A stretch of 63,879 bases of DNA, counting the filler, from Myxococcota bacterium (GTDB lineage: Bacteria > Myxococcota_C > UBA6777): the NCBI GenBank assembly GCA_023150835.1. It is 6 parts of 6 records of this genome, joined end to end, with 100 filler letters (N's around TTAATTAATTAA, not from the genome) between each part and the next. Parts side by side here need not be neighbours in the genome. Positions count along the whole stretch, not along the records: positions 1 to 20,050 come from JAKLKB010000179.1; 5 more parts are not named here. One strand, given 5' to 3'. The position numbers were made by a program, and so were the translations under genes. Under the pieces are notes generated by a model that saw nothing but the letters and a program-made list of their open reading frames with translations, was not told the origin of the DNA and did not search any database. Below are positions 1 through 10,062 of the stretch, piece after piece. Each line of letters begins with the position of its first letter. The stretch's first letter is position 1.

Positions 1-134
1 GCTTGAGGCTCTTTCCCTTGTCATCCGTAACAATTGTAAAATCAGTTCGCGTCGAAAACGACCGTCAACATGGCAACACAATACTCCCGATCCTCTTGTT
101 GTTTCCGATGTCATTGCTTAACCTGATGCCAATG
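1..134 (+). mobile_element. Right end of an IS4-family (IS186/IS231-like) insertion sequence, contig-truncated
   Basis: Same sequence, reverse-complemented, at 38842-38980; frame 2 reads LEALSLVIRNNCKISSRRKRPSTWQHNTPDPLVVSDVIA* with the stop inside the terminal sequence CTTAACCTGATGCCAATG (117-134), which resembles IS4-family CAT...GTTAAG ends. Confidence 0.6.
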
Positions 135-211
135 GGGCAGGCCCCTGTGGGTACCCAAGAAGAAGGCGTCTACGTACTCTTCTTTGCTGTGTACATCACT
201 CGGATATCATG
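135..211 (+). repeat. Family-A REP-containing element, truncated on the left by the IS end
   Basis: GGGCAGGCCCCTGTGGGTACCC...CTACGTAC...GCTGTGTACATCACTCGGATATC matches the right part of copies at 54303-54418 and 60715-60827. Confidence 0.7.
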
Positions 212-417
212 TAATATGCCCACAAACATTTGTCTTTTCAGAAAATGAAATGTTTGCAAAATGTTTACGGTGAGGATCTCCATGAAGTGCAGAACAAATG
301 TTCATCCTTGTGAACAGGAGAGACGTTGGTTAGTGTCTGCGCCGATTCGGATGTTTGGGAGTGCCGGTGTGTTCTGGAGCGATGCTTCGGAGATACGGGC
401 TTTTTTGAGAGTTTTGG

Positions 418-3066
418 ATGATGACAACAACCTCGATTCATACGGCTCCAAAGGGGCGCGATGCTTTGCATCTTGCGCGCCCGCGTGTTCTCTCTTTTTC
501 TCTTCAGCGTTGGCAAGAAGTCTTGATCGTTGCATGGTTTTTAGCATTACCTTGGCTGCATTTTTGGCGGTTGTGGTTTGGTTTGCCGCAGGAGCGGGGA
601 TATGTTGCATGGAATTTTTTTGAGGAGCGTTGGCCGCGTTTTCAAAGTGCGGTGAGTGCGTTGTTTTCGCAAGGTTGGGCGCAGTGGGATCCTTGGTTGG
701 GGGGTGGATGGCCGTTGGCAGCGGAGCCATCGTTGGGGCTGTATAGTCCGAGCCATTGGCCTTATTTGTTGTACTTTGCGATCTTTCGGACGCATGAGTT
801 TTTGGTTTTTCAATCGTTGTTGATGTGGCAGATCGCGTTGGCGGGATGGGGAATGTATCTGTATTTGCGGATTATTCGGGTTGATCCGCGTGCGGCATGG
901 TTTGGCGGGACGTTATTTTCGGTGGCGGGTTTGACGCCGTTGTTTTACGGGACACATTTGTTTGCGGCGGTGCTGTGGTTGCCGTGGGTGATGTGGAGCC
1001 TCGAACGTTTTTTGGAGATCGCAACGTTGAAGCGGGCGACGTGGTTGGCGTTGTTCTTGGGGTTTGGGTGTTTGGGTGGTAGCCCGACAGGGTTTTTGTT
1101 GTTGGCGGTGTTTGCGGGGTTTTATGCGCTGTTTCGTTTTTTGTGGGATGGGATCGAGCGTCCCCGCAAGACGCTTTTGGGATTGGGCTATGTGGTTGTT
1201 TTGGTGGGGCTTTGGGGTGCGAGTTGGGGATTGCCCTATCTTGAGCTTGCCCGAGAGCTTCCTCCGCATCACGTTTCGAGCCACGAATTTCCGCTGTTTC
1301 GTTTATGGGGATTCTTTTCACCACAATACGGAAATCATCTGTATCACGGTATCTTTTTTGTTCCGTTGTTTTTGGCAGCATGGGCGAGTGAGACATCGCG
1401 ACGTGTGCTGTGGGCGTGTTCGACGTTGGTGTTTTGGGGTCTTTTGTTTGCGGCGTGGCCGCAGATGCGGGCTTTTGATCCGATGCCCTCTTTTTTGTTT
1501 ACGCAACCATATCTGACCTCTCGGCCCGATCGGTATCTGGCCTTGATCAGCCCTGCTTGTTGTGTGCTTGCGGCGCTTGGGTTTCAAGCCTTGCTTCGGC
1601 CTGATCCGAAGGGTTGGCAGCGGTTCTATCTTGTGGCCTTGTCGGTGTTGTGGGGCGTGGCGGGCGTGGTGTTGTTGAGCGCCTCGCTGTGGAGCCTTTC
1701 ACACGGTCGTTTTTCGCAAGGCCAAGAAACGCAGGTCTTTCAACAATGGGTTCTTTGTGGTGGGATGTTGTATTGTGTTTGGCGGGTGCGTCGGCGTTTT
1801 GTGTGGGGATGGAGTCTTTGCTTTGTGTTGTTGGTGTGGTTGGATATCGCACCGCATACGCGGCAAAGCGGGCATCGCAGCTTTTCGGAATACCTTGATC
1901 GGCAGGGAGAGATGTTGGTGCGCATCCCTCCGCCTGCCCAACAACATCAGCGCGTTTTTAACGCACACGACGAAGCGCCCAAGCTGGCAAGCGCGCTGTT
2001 TGGTTTGCGCGCATTAGAAGGGGTGGATATCCCACGTCAGACTTTTCGCGATAAGGCTGTGATGGAAGAGATCAAAAAGCATCCTTCGATCCTTCGGCTG
2101 TATGGGGTTTCTCATGTGATCACGTCACGCCCGGGAAATTCTCTGTATCACCTGCGCTTTTTCTCTCATCCCTCTTCGCTTCAACAAGCCTATCTACCGA
2201 CTGAAACGGACGCCAAAGCTGCGCTTCACGAAAGCCGCCGTCCGATCGCAGCCCGTGTCCAATGGCTTCCGCGTTGGCGGGTGGTTGCGCGTTGGCAGGA
2301 CGCAGTCAAGCAACTCGCCGCTCTCGATCCGACTTGCGATATCGTTGTCGAAGCCTCCCCGCACACGCCTCCGCCTCCCCGTCTGATCGCCCAAAAGGTG
2401 ATCGAGCCGCTCTCTTTCAAAGCAAAGAGGATCGGCCCTCCCCTCCCAAAAACAAGCATTGAGCGCCCAAAACGCCATGCCCCCGAAACAAAGGTCCGAA
2501 GCTTGATGCCCAGAATAATTGCTGTGCGTCTGTCCGCATCGCGGCCTGTCTCTCTTTCCACGATACAGAAAAGGGCTGTGCGCCTGCATCTGCCTACATC
2601 GCAACCTGTGTCTTCTACTACGGCGCAGAACAGCGCAACGACCCGTCCTCTGGTCCCTTCTGCCCGTCGTGAGGGGGCTTCGTCTTTCGGAGGGCGTGTG
2701 GTCTTTCGCTTTTTGCCGCCGCCGTGCCCAACCAAGCCGCTTGCAGCCAAGATCCTCCAAGCGGACGGACAACATCTGCTCGCTTTGATCGACGCTCCCC
2801 GAGATGGCATCCTCTTGATCAACGAGCGCTTTTGGCCGGGATGGACGGCCTCTTTGGATTTCAAACCTGTTCCGCTGTTGCGCGCCAACGTCTTGATGCA
2901 AGCGGTCGCGATCCCAAAAGGCCGACACACCTTGCACTTGGCCTATCGTTCCCGTTCGGTGTTTGTGGGCCTTGCGTTGTGGGGCTTGGCGTGGTTGATC
3001 GCCCTTGCCAGTTTGGCGATGACCGTTCTTTGGGCGGAACCTGTGCAGCCAAAGGAAAATCCATGA
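418..3066 (+). CDS. YfhO-family (GT-C-like) multi-pass membrane protein
   Basis: WDPWLGGGWPLAA motif, many TM segments, C-terminal 'LINERFWPGWTA..RANVLMQAVAIPKGRHTLHLAYR' typical of YfhO. Confidence 0.8.
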   Translation: MMTTTSIHTAPKGRDALHLARPRVLSFSLQRWQEVLIVAWFLALPWLHFWRLWFGLPQERGYVAWNFFEERWPRFQSAVSALFSQGWAQWDPWLGGGWPLAAEPSLGLYSPSHWPYLLYFAIFRTHEFLVFQSLLMWQIALAGWGMYLYLRIIRVDPRAAWFGGTLFSVAGLTPLFYGTHLFAAVLWLPWVMWSLERFLEIATLKRATWLALFLGFGCLGGSPTGFLLLAVFAGFYALFRFLWDGIERPRKTLLGLGYVVVLVGLWGASWGLPYLELARELPPHHVSSHEFPLFRLWGFFSPQYGNHLYHGIFFVPLFLAAWASETSRRVLWACSTLVFWGLLFAAWPQMRAFDPMPSFLFTQPYLTSRPDRYLALISPACCVLAALGFQALLRPDPKGWQRFYLVALSVLWGVAGVVLLSASLWSLSHGRFSQGQETQVFQQWVLCGGMLYCVWRVRRRFVWGWSLCFVLLVWLDIAPHTRQSGHRSFSEYLDRQGEMLVRIPPPAQQHQRVFNAHDEAPKLASALFGLRALEGVDIPRQTFRDKAVMEEIKKHPSILRLYGVSHVITSRPGNSLYHLRFFSHPSSLQQAYLPTETDAKAALHESRRPIAARVQWLPRWRVVARWQDAVKQLAALDPTCDIVVEASPHTPPPPRLIAQKVIEPLSFKAKRIGPPLPKTSIERPKRHAPETKVRSLMPRIIAVRLSASRPVSLSTIQKRAVRLHLPTSQPVSSTTAQNSATTRPLVPSARREGASSFGGRVVFRFLPPPCPTKPLAAKILQADGQHLLALIDAPRDGILLINERFWPGWTASLDFKPVPLLRANVLMQAVAIPKGRHTLHLAYRSRSVFVGLALWGLAWLIALASLAMTVLWAEPVQPKENP

Positions 3067-4130
3067 CCACTCCGCAGCCACCGATACCTTCACCAGTTCT
3101 TTCTGCCTCTTTTGGGCGCTTGGATGCACCACGCCCGCAACTCAGCATCGTCTTACCTGCCTACAACGAATCTGAAGGCATCTCGACGGTGGTCAAAGAG
3201 CTTCTTTGGCCGACGCTGCAAAAGATCTTTCCGAGTGTTTCGGGCCTGTTCGAGCCCTCGGCTGCATTTGAAGTCTTGATCGTGGATGACGGAAGCAAGG
3301 ACGAGACTTTTGTGCGTGTGCAAGCCTTGGCTGCGGAGATCCCTTGGGTGCGAGGGCTACGGTTTAGCCGGAACTTTGGGAAAGAAGCGGCGATCTACGC
3401 GGGTTTGGAGGCTGCACGCGGTGAAGCGGTGCTTGTGATGGACAGCGATGGGCAACATCCGCCCGAAGTGATCGAGCAGATGTGGGCGATCTGGAAGACA
3501 GGTCAATTCGATATCATCTCAGGAGTCAAGCAAGATCGCAGCGTGGATTCGTTGTTGGGTCGTACAGCGTCGGGGTTGTTTTATGGGGTGATGCGGCGAC
3601 TCACAAGGATCGATCTTCACGGCCACAGTGACTTTAAGCTGATTCGAGACACCGTCGTCCGTGAATATCTCGAACAACCCGAGCGGATGCGCTTTTTTCG
3701 CGCCTTGGTTCCTTGGCTGGGGTTTCGTCAAGCCAACGTTCCCTTTGTGGTGGCCGAGCGCGTGGCAGGAACAAGTCGCTGGTCGATGCTGGGCCTTGCG
3801 CGCTTGGCGCTGACGGCGATTACGTCCTTCACGGGTGCGCCATTGTATTGGAGCGCCTATCTTGGGGCATTTGGTTTGTTCGCTTCTTTTCTTCTTACGC
3901 TTCAAGCCTTGTATTCTTGGCTGACAGGTATCGCCGTTCCCGGCTGGACTTCGCTGACGTTTCTTTTGCTGTTTTTTGGCTCAACGATCTTGCTTTCGCT
4001 TGGTTTGATTGGTGTGTATCTCCATCAAATCTTTGAAGAAGTCAAGCGCAGAAAGCCATTCATCGTGGCCGAAACAACACCCGCTCTTTCTTCTTCCCCG
4101 CCGCCTCCTCCATCTCCCAACGCGCCGTAG
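3063..4130 (+). CDS. Glycosyltransferase family 2, GtrB/ArnC-like
   Basis: LSIVLPAYNE, VDDGSKD, FSRNFGKEAA, MDSDGQHPP, two C-terminal TMs; ATG overlaps the upstream stop. Confidence 0.9.
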   Translation: MTTPQPPIPSPVLSASFGRLDAPRPQLSIVLPAYNESEGISTVVKELLWPTLQKIFPSVSGLFEPSAAFEVLIVDDGSKDETFVRVQALAAEIPWVRGLRFSRNFGKEAAIYAGLEAARGEAVLVMDSDGQHPPEVIEQMWAIWKTGQFDIISGVKQDRSVDSLLGRTASGLFYGVMRRLTRIDLHGHSDFKLIRDTVVREYLEQPERMRFFRALVPWLGFRQANVPFVVAERVAGTSRWSMLGLARLALTAITSFTGAPLYWSAYLGAFGLFASFLLTLQALYSWLTGIAVPGWTSLTFLLLFFGSTILLSLGLIGVYLHQIFEEVKRRKPFIVAETTPALSSSPPPPPSPNAP

Positions 4131-4175
4131 CGCGGGCGTTTGGTGCGCAGCGCAAGATCGCGTTGTTTGAGGGGT

Positions 4176-4297
4176 TTTGGGACGCTGCCCCACGCCCCGC
4201 AAGAGACCTGTGGCCCCTTGACCCCGCATTGGCGGAGCGATCAGCGTTTTTCGCTCAGGCGTCTGCGCCGCTTGAACGTTCGCGAACACGGCTTTTT
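4176..4297 (-). repeat. Family-B dispersed palindromic repeat (CCCCTTGACCCC type)
   Basis: Related copies near 4946-5068, 8728-8851, 20287-20408, 20990-21052, 22931-23056, 39276-39396, 54025-54149, 57169-57290. Confidence 0.75.
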
Positions 4298-4409
4298 CGA
4301 CGGCATCACTTTTCGTATGGGTTGTTTCTGCGGTTCCCCTTGTTTGCGGATGGGATCTGTCGCTAAGATGAGGTTTGTTTTCGTCGACCATTTGCTTTTT
4401 GGGGGTCGC

Positions 4410-4826
4410 ATGAATTTTGTTCCTTCGCTTCCTACCGCGCTTTCCGTTCAACAAGAACGCACTTATCTCAATGTGGCGGCTTATAGCCAAGCCATCGATC
4501 AGATCGCACGCACAGAAGATCCACAACAACGCGATTACCTCGCAGTCATGCTGTTTTTACGGCATTGGCGCGATTGGAAACCCGGCCCCGTCAGTTTGCT
4601 CGAATCCTCTTTCCAACGCTACGGATGGTCGGCGTTCACGCCCTCTCTGTGGGGATTTACAGAAGATTCTTTTGCGCACCGCAAAGCTGAATTGCTTTAC
4701 CATGTCGAGCAGCGTGTCGCGCTTTTTGCCCAACGTGGCGGATTCTTGGCCCTCCTCGCAAAGCGCCAAGAACAACTCCGCTATCTTGCACAAAAGTATG
4801 ACCTCGAAGCCTCTCTTTTTTCTTGA
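4410..4826 (+). CDS. Hypothetical protein
   Basis: Protein-like ORF; ATG start chosen downstream of the repeat. Confidence 0.45.
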   Translation: MNFVPSLPTALSVQQERTYLNVAAYSQAIDQIARTEDPQQRDYLAVMLFLRHWRDWKPGPVSLLESSFQRYGWSAFTPSLWGFTEDSFAHRKAELLYHVEQRVALFAQRGGFLALLAKRQEQLRYLAQKYDLEASLFS

Positions 4827-4840
4827 GCGGATCGGGTAGA

Positions 4841-4948
4841 TTTGTGTTTGTGTTTGTGTTTGTGTTTGTGTTTGTGTTTGTGTTTGTGTTTGTGTTTGTG
4901 TTTGTGTTTGTGTTTGTGTTTGTGTTTGTGTTTGTGTTTGTGTTTGTG
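4841..4948. repeat. (TTTGTG)18 microsatellite
   Basis: Perfect hexamer array abutting a family-B repeat. Confidence 0.95.
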
Positions 4949-5073
4949 GGGTTCCACCCCACTCCCCGCAAGGGACCGATGGCCCCTTGACCCCGTATCG
5001 GCGAAGAGATCGATGGTTTTCCAAACGAACGGCTCTGTCGCTTCAAGCGACGCGAACACGCGGTTTTTAGCTG

Positions 5074-5187
5074 ATACGAAATCCGCCTGTAGTGTGATCG
5101 TAAAACGTAGGGGCAGCCCCCTGTGGCTGCCCAAGGATAGGGCGTCTGGGCGCAATCCTTCGATCACAGATCGTTCGGATTTCGTAT
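5074..5187 (+). repeat. Family-A REP-containing MITE-like element (terminal IR ATACGA(A/T)ATCCG)
   Basis: ATACGAAATCCG...GTAGGGGCAGCCCCCTGTGGCTGCCC...CGGATTTCGTAT; about 10 related copies in the window. Confidence 0.8.
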
Positions 5188-5229
5188 GACTGCGTAACTC
5201 CTATCGGTATAAGCTCTGTCAGAGTTGAG

Positions 5230-6234
5230 GTGAATATGCTTTCTTCTTTGTCACGTCCTCGGACGCGTGGTGTCTTTTGTGGCCTAGAAGGTCGGAGGAT
5301 CGGGCGGTTTGGGCGTTTTCTGTTTGGCGTCTTGGGTTTTTTCTGGGTGATGGGCAGCGGAATGGGCGAACGGTGGGCTGTGCAGGCCAGTCCCAAGCCT
5401 CGTCCGTTTCGTGTGTACGAACTCAAACATTCGAGCGAGATCGTCCCTTTTTTACTGCGCCATAAGCCCCAAGCCATCGGCTTTGGCGAATACCATCAGC
5501 TTAAAGCCTTTCGCCACATCCCTTCGTCGATCGAGCGCTTTACCCGCGATATCCTTCCTGCGCTGCTCCGTCCCCCAAAAACGATTCCGCCCCACCTACG
5601 AAAGTTTTTTCCAAAAGGGCAGACGCGGCGTTTTCACAAGCCGTTGCGCGATCTGCTTGTCGAAACGTGGATCACGACGGGCGCATGTGGAAAACAAGAA
5701 AAGCAGGTCGTCGCCCAAGTGACCAAGGTGATCCAGCGCCCCAAGAAAACACGCAACCACATCCTCGATCTGTTGCGTGCAGCAAAAAAGGCAAAAGTCT
5801 TGCCGCACGTTCTTCGTATTCCTTGTCAGCTATATGAAGGATTAACTCGTCAAGATGGTGGACTCGATCCCACCCGTTTTATCCGCTTTGTGACCGATCG
5901 GCTTGCTCACGACTGCATCAAGATCCTCGCCGTTCGGCACAAACGCCGCGAACCGAGCTCCATCCTCTTGTACGGTGGGGCGCTTCACAACGATCTCGAA
6001 CCCTCAAAGACACTCGCGCCTTTTTCTTACGCTGCTCGTCTCAAAGGCAAACTCCACGCCCCCTTGCTCGAAGTCGATCTCTATGTCCCCGAATACATCG
6101 CCGCTGATCAAGACTTTCGCAAAGAACCGTGGTTTTCCGAAGTCCTCAAGCGCAAAGGCTCCAACAAGATCGTCCTCATCCACCATCCTCCCCACTCCTA
6201 CACCTTGGTCTTCGCTTGGACTACACCATCGTGA
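5230..6234 (+). CDS. Exported hypothetical protein, possibly EreA/ChaN/TIKI-like fold
   Basis: Signal-like hydrophobic stretch; GFGEYH and YGGALHN motifs. Confidence 0.6.
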   Translation: MNMLSSLSRPRTRGVFCGLEGRRIGRFGRFLFGVLGFFWVMGSGMGERWAVQASPKPRPFRVYELKHSSEIVPFLLRHKPQAIGFGEYHQLKAFRHIPSSIERFTRDILPALLRPPKTIPPHLRKFFPKGQTRRFHKPLRDLLVETWITTGACGKQEKQVVAQVTKVIQRPKKTRNHILDLLRAAKKAKVLPHVLRIPCQLYEGLTRQDGGLDPTRFIRFVTDRLAHDCIKILAVRHKRREPSSILLYGGALHNDLEPSKTLAPFSYAARLKGKLHAPLLEVDLYVPEYIAADQDFRKEPWFSEVLKRKGSNKIVLIHHPPHSYTLVFAWTTPS

Positions 6235-7220
6235 AGGTCTTTTTGGAGATGGTGTTGGACGTTGCCGAGTTGAAGCCCTTCGCGGACAAAGAACGTCCCC
6301 CCGAGCAGCAAGATCATCAAGACATCGCAGCCCTGCATCAAAAGGCTGTACAACAGACCGATCTCGCGGGATATCCCCGCAAAGCCCAACACCCAGATAC
6401 AAACGGCTTGATACACGCCCACCGCCCCCGGTGTGACGGGGGCCAAAAAAGCAAGATTGGCCGCACCCGTCACCAACAGCAACATCCCAAAAGACACCTG
6501 CAATTGAAGAGCTTGGAAGATCAAAAAGTAGCAAAGGGCTTCGACGTTCCACAGACAAAGCGTGAGGAAAAAGACTTGCGAGACCGCCCACGGCTTGCGT
6601 AAGAGTCCGAGTCCTTGGCGAACTTGGCCCAAGATCCGCCCCAACATCTGCGCGATGCGTTCAGGAAGAAGGCTTCCCACACGCCCTCCCAACGGCGCAA
6701 AGCGATCATAGTATACCTCAAAGACCACCAGCCCCACAAAGATCGCCACCATCAAGCCCACTACGGCGAGAAGATGGCTGACTTGCATCTCTGTGCGTTG
6801 CACCCCCAACACCCCAAACAGCAAGCAGCACAAGAGCAACATCACATCAAAAAGCTGTGTAAGGATATTTGAGGTGAGCGCCAAAGAACCTGACACACCT
6901 TGATTGTTCTTTTGTACGATCTGTGCACGCAGGACTTCGCCAAGACGTGCAGGAAAGATCAAGTTGGCAAGTAAGCCGATCACGGTTGCAGAAAAGGTAT
7001 GTCTTGGACTCCAGCCCAACACCGCGTGCATCGCGATCCGCCAACGCAAGGCTTTGATGCCCGAAGCAAGGGACTTGAGCAACAAGACCACCCCAAGCCA
7101 AGCAAGATGTACCTTGGTGGCGGCTTGCCAAAATCGCGACATATCGACGAAGTACACCATCCCCCCCAACAACAGCCCGGCCAACAGCAGGCCCAGCAAC
7201 ATCCGACGCCAACCGCGCAT
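6198..7220 (-). CDS. Lysylphosphatidylglycerol synthase TM-domain (YbhN/flippase-like) protein
   Basis: LRWR, 'NLIFPARLGEVLRA', 'PVTPGAVGVYQ' motifs; multiple TMs. Confidence 0.85.
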   Translation of the reverse strand: MRGWRRMLLGLLLAGLLLGGMVYFVDMSRFWQAATKVHLAWLGVVLLLKSLASGIKALRWRIAMHAVLGWSPRHTFSATVIGLLANLIFPARLGEVLRAQIVQKNNQGVSGSLALTSNILTQLFDVMLLLCCLLFGVLGVQRTEMQVSHLLAVVGLMVAIFVGLVVFEVYYDRFAPLGGRVGSLLPERIAQMLGRILGQVRQGLGLLRKPWAVSQVFFLTLCLWNVEALCYFLIFQALQLQVSFGMLLLVTGAANLAFLAPVTPGAVGVYQAVCIWVLGFAGISREIGLLYSLLMQGCDVLMILLLGGTFFVREGLQLGNVQHHLQKDLHDGVVQAKTKV

Positions 7221-7254
7221 CTGTTTCTTGCTCCGAAAGTTTCTTTGGGGGACG

Positions 7255-7758
7255 CTATCTCGGGGATTTGAGCGTTGCAGGGCGAGAAGAGGGCGGAGAG
7301 ATCGAGGGATCCTTGGGGATCTTGTCGACTTCGCCGGAAAAGAACCAGTTGGTTTGGATGAATTTCCATTGTTGGGCGCGCACGTTGCGTTGGAGGACAG
7401 GAGAGGGCAGCAGATAACGTTCATAAACGACGATAACCCACGCTTCTGTTCCGTTTTTTCGGTAGACGACATCGCGCAACGAATACTCGACGATATTGTC
7501 CGTTCCACGCAGTCGTTCGCGTTCCATCAACCATTCGGCCTGAATAGCGGGGTCCACGAAGATCTTGGCTTCAACATAGCGTCGCCATCGCACAAAACGG
7601 TTAAACTCGTTGGCTCGCGGAGCAAGCAGTCCTTCGGGGGGTTTGGTCTCGGTCTTCGTTTGAGGCACACAGCCCGCCCCCAAGGCACTCAAAAACAGAA
7701 CGAAAAAGATCCTGATGTATCGGGAAGATTGAAGCGGTTGAACTATCGAAAGACCCAT
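7255..7758 (-). CDS. Putative lipoprotein
   Basis: Hydrophobic signal with GAGC lipobox. Confidence 0.65.
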   Translation of the reverse strand: MGLSIVQPLQSSRYIRIFFVLFLSALGAGCVPQTKTETKPPEGLLAPRANEFNRFVRWRRYVEAKIFVDPAIQAEWLMERERLRGTDNIVEYSLRDVVYRKNGTEAWVIVVYERYLLPSPVLQRNVRAQQWKFIQTNWFFSGEVDKIPKDPSISPPSSRPATLKSPR

Positions 7759-8021
7759 CGGTTGCTCCTTGTGATGGCGAAAGGATGGTCAACCTAACAG
7801 ATCTTGTTCGAGATAGCGAGATAGCGAGCCTTTTTTGTTGACGGGGGTGTTGCTCTTGTCTATCCTTCTGCACTGTTTGGGCGAATGGCTTATTTTCTGC
7901 GGAGCATCCTGCGCCACAGTCGCCATGTTTGAGCAAAAAAACAAAGCCTCTCGAAGCTTGAAAATTCGCCACACATCTTGATAAAATTCGCCACACATCT
8001 TGATTAGGGCTGGACGCGACG

Positions 8022-8243
8022 ATGGACGCAAAAGAAAAACAACCGTTGGTGATGGCTCGCAAAGGGCGCATCGAAGAGATGGATCGATCTTTTGATCTGT
8101 ATTTTTGGCAACAGCAAGACGCAACAGCACGTTTTTCTGCTGCGTGGGATTTGGTGCTTTGGGCAGCCAAGGTAAAGGGACAAGATGTCAGTCAACTCCG
8201 ACTTCAAAGAACTGTCTGTTCTTTTCAACGCTTGCCACGTTAA
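8022..8243 (+). CDS. Small protein, probable partner of the adjacent nucleotidyltransferase-like gene
   Basis: 73 aa with 'DLYFWQQQ..RFSAAWDL..RLQRTV' pattern; overlaps the next gene. Confidence 0.55.
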   Translation: MDAKEKQPLVMARKGRIEEMDRSFDLYFWQQQDATARFSAAWDLVLWAAKVKGQDVSQLRLQRTVCSFQRLPR

Positions 8244-8298
8244 ATACCTTTTGATCGGCGGTTACGCGGTGATCTACTACGCCGAACCTCGGCACACA
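8185..8298 (+). pseudogene. Truncated nucleotidyltransferase-like gene
   Basis: 'DFKEL..FN..VKYLLIGGYAVIYYAEPRHT' breaks off at a family-C element; the remainder is not seen. Confidence 0.65.
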
Positions 8299-8463
8299 GG
8301 ACTTACGCAGTTGCCAAAAAAAGCCGTGTTCGCGAACGCCCAAGCGACAGGGTCGTTGTTTTGGAAAACCTGCGATCTGTTCGCCAATACGGGGTCAAGG
8401 GGCGACAGTCTATGGTGGGGCGTGGCGTCACACCCCACAACATCAGCCCAACCGCGTAAGTTT
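8299..8463 (+). mobile_element. Family-C MITE (ends GGACTTACGCAGTTG / CAAC(T/C)GCGTAA) carrying a family-B repeat
   Basis: Inverted ends; related copies at 38771, 44078-44244, 60842-60957, 63675-63790, 63846. Confidence 0.7.
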
Positions 8464-8901
8464 TATGATGAGATGCGAAAAATTTTTAATTGGCGCGCCA
8501 TCTTCCAATGTTGGAGACGGTTACGCGGGGCGTTATTGTCCGGGTTGAGAGGCGGGTTGAGAGATGGGTTGGGAGGTCGCACCAGAGACGCCGCTGTCGG
8601 ACTTGACACCACGGCAGGCATGCACCGACAAAAAGACGGCGACCACCAGCGCGAGAAAGATCCAGCCATTGATTTTCTGCATTCGTCAAAATCTCCTTGT
8701 GAGTGAAATATCGAACCGATGATGTGGACAAAAACCCCGTGCTCGCGGCATTTCAAGCGGAGCCGTTGTGGGTTTGAAACGTATCTGTTCGTCCCGCCAA
8801 CATGGGGTCAAGGGGGCTCGCTCCCTTGTGGGGTTTGGGGCAAAGCCCCATAAAAACGAGCGAGCAAGAAGCCCCAGCCAACGGAATCACCAAGACGCGC
8901 T

Positions 8902-9867
8902 TCATGGGGAGGGCGTTACAGGTGTTTTGGCTGGGGTGGTGTCGGCGGATGGTCGGGCATGAAGGGCCTCGCGTCCATGCAACAAGCGGACTTGTAAGCC
9001 CCTCGCAGCGGAGTGTGCGACAAGGTGATAGCCGAGATCCCGCGAGGCAGGCAGAGCGCGTTGATCCCGCGAGGCAGGCAGAGCGCGTTCGGCGTCTGGG
9101 AGAGGTGCGAAAAGGCTCGTGGGTTCGATATCTGGGGCGTTGGGGGCGTTGGCTGGGATCTGTTCGGGAGGGATGGGAGCGGTGCTTCCCCACGAGACAG
9201 CAAGGGCGAGGCTGTGGCCTGTGTGGAGTTGTCCCAACGAAAAAGCCCATCGATTCGGATGATCGGATACTTTTCGATCGAAAGACATCGATAACGCAGG
9301 CTGCATCGAGATGTGCAACCATTGGGGTTCGATCGCAAAGCCCATCCCACGAGCTTTCATGTAGGCTTCTTTGAGCGTCCAAAAGGCCGAGAAAAGCTGC
9401 TCTTGTTGGTTTCGTTCGGAGAGTCCAAGAAGGGCAGTGTATTCTTCGGGTACAAAAAACCGCTTGGCGATCCCAAGGATATCTCGTCGAGCATCGATCC
9501 CTTCGACATCAACGCCGAGATCGCCGTGGCTGGTGATGGCACACACCACAAGATCCCGTGAATGCGAGACATTGAAGATCCATGTGGGTTGGAGGCGGGG
9601 ACCGCTGATCCAAGGCCGACCGTGTGTGTCCGTGGTAAAGCGCCATTCTTTGGGCTGGATATCTGCATAAGTCGACAAGGCCGACCGCACCAAACCGCGT
9701 GTCGCCAAGTACATCCGCTGATCTTCGGAGCGCAGAAAGCGCTGTTGTTGGGTGTGCTCTTCAGGAGTCATCCAAGCCCAACATCGCGCACGTTCGACTT
9801 CGTTGAGGTCGGAAGCATACAGCCACCAGAGATCGACTTCTCCGATGCTAGGGATATCTCGTTTCAT
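8902..9867 (-). CDS. 4'-phosphopantetheinyl transferase (Sfp type)
   Basis: HGRP, FNVSHS, LGVDVE, FWTLKEAYMKARGMG motifs. Confidence 0.92.
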   Translation of the reverse strand: MKRDIPSIGEVDLWWLYASDLNEVERARCWAWMTPEEHTQQQRFLRSEDQRMYLATRGLVRSALSTYADIQPKEWRFTTDTHGRPWISGPRLQPTWIFNVSHSRDLVVCAITSHGDLGVDVEGIDARRDILGIAKRFFVPEEYTALLGLSERNQQEQLFSAFWTLKEAYMKARGMGFAIEPQWLHISMQPALSMSFDRKVSDHPNRWAFSLGQLHTGHSLALAVSWGSTAPIPPEQIPANAPNAPDIEPTSLFAPLPDAERALPASRDQRALPASRDLGYHLVAHSAARGLQVRLLHGREALHARPSADTTPAKTPVTPSP

Positions 9868-10062
9868 TTCAACCTCCGTGGTTGTCCGCATGGAAGACCT
9901 CTTTGACACGTCTTCTCTCGGTGGATCTGTTCGCTGGTGATCTTTGACGAGAGAGCTGAAAATAGGTTGATGAACTCTTCGATGTTTGTAAACGTCTGAG
10001 CGACGCGATCACGCCTTTTTCGATAGGAGCGGCGCGTTGGATGGTGTTGTGGGGCTTTGCCC

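Noticed and set aside
3-248. 81-aa ORF repeated at 38767-38973
   Set aside because: Alternative frame of the IS end; the two copies diverge at the element boundary
4557-5189. Poly-TQ/TN/HK/CL ORFs
   Set aside because: Translations of the (TTTGTG)n microsatellite
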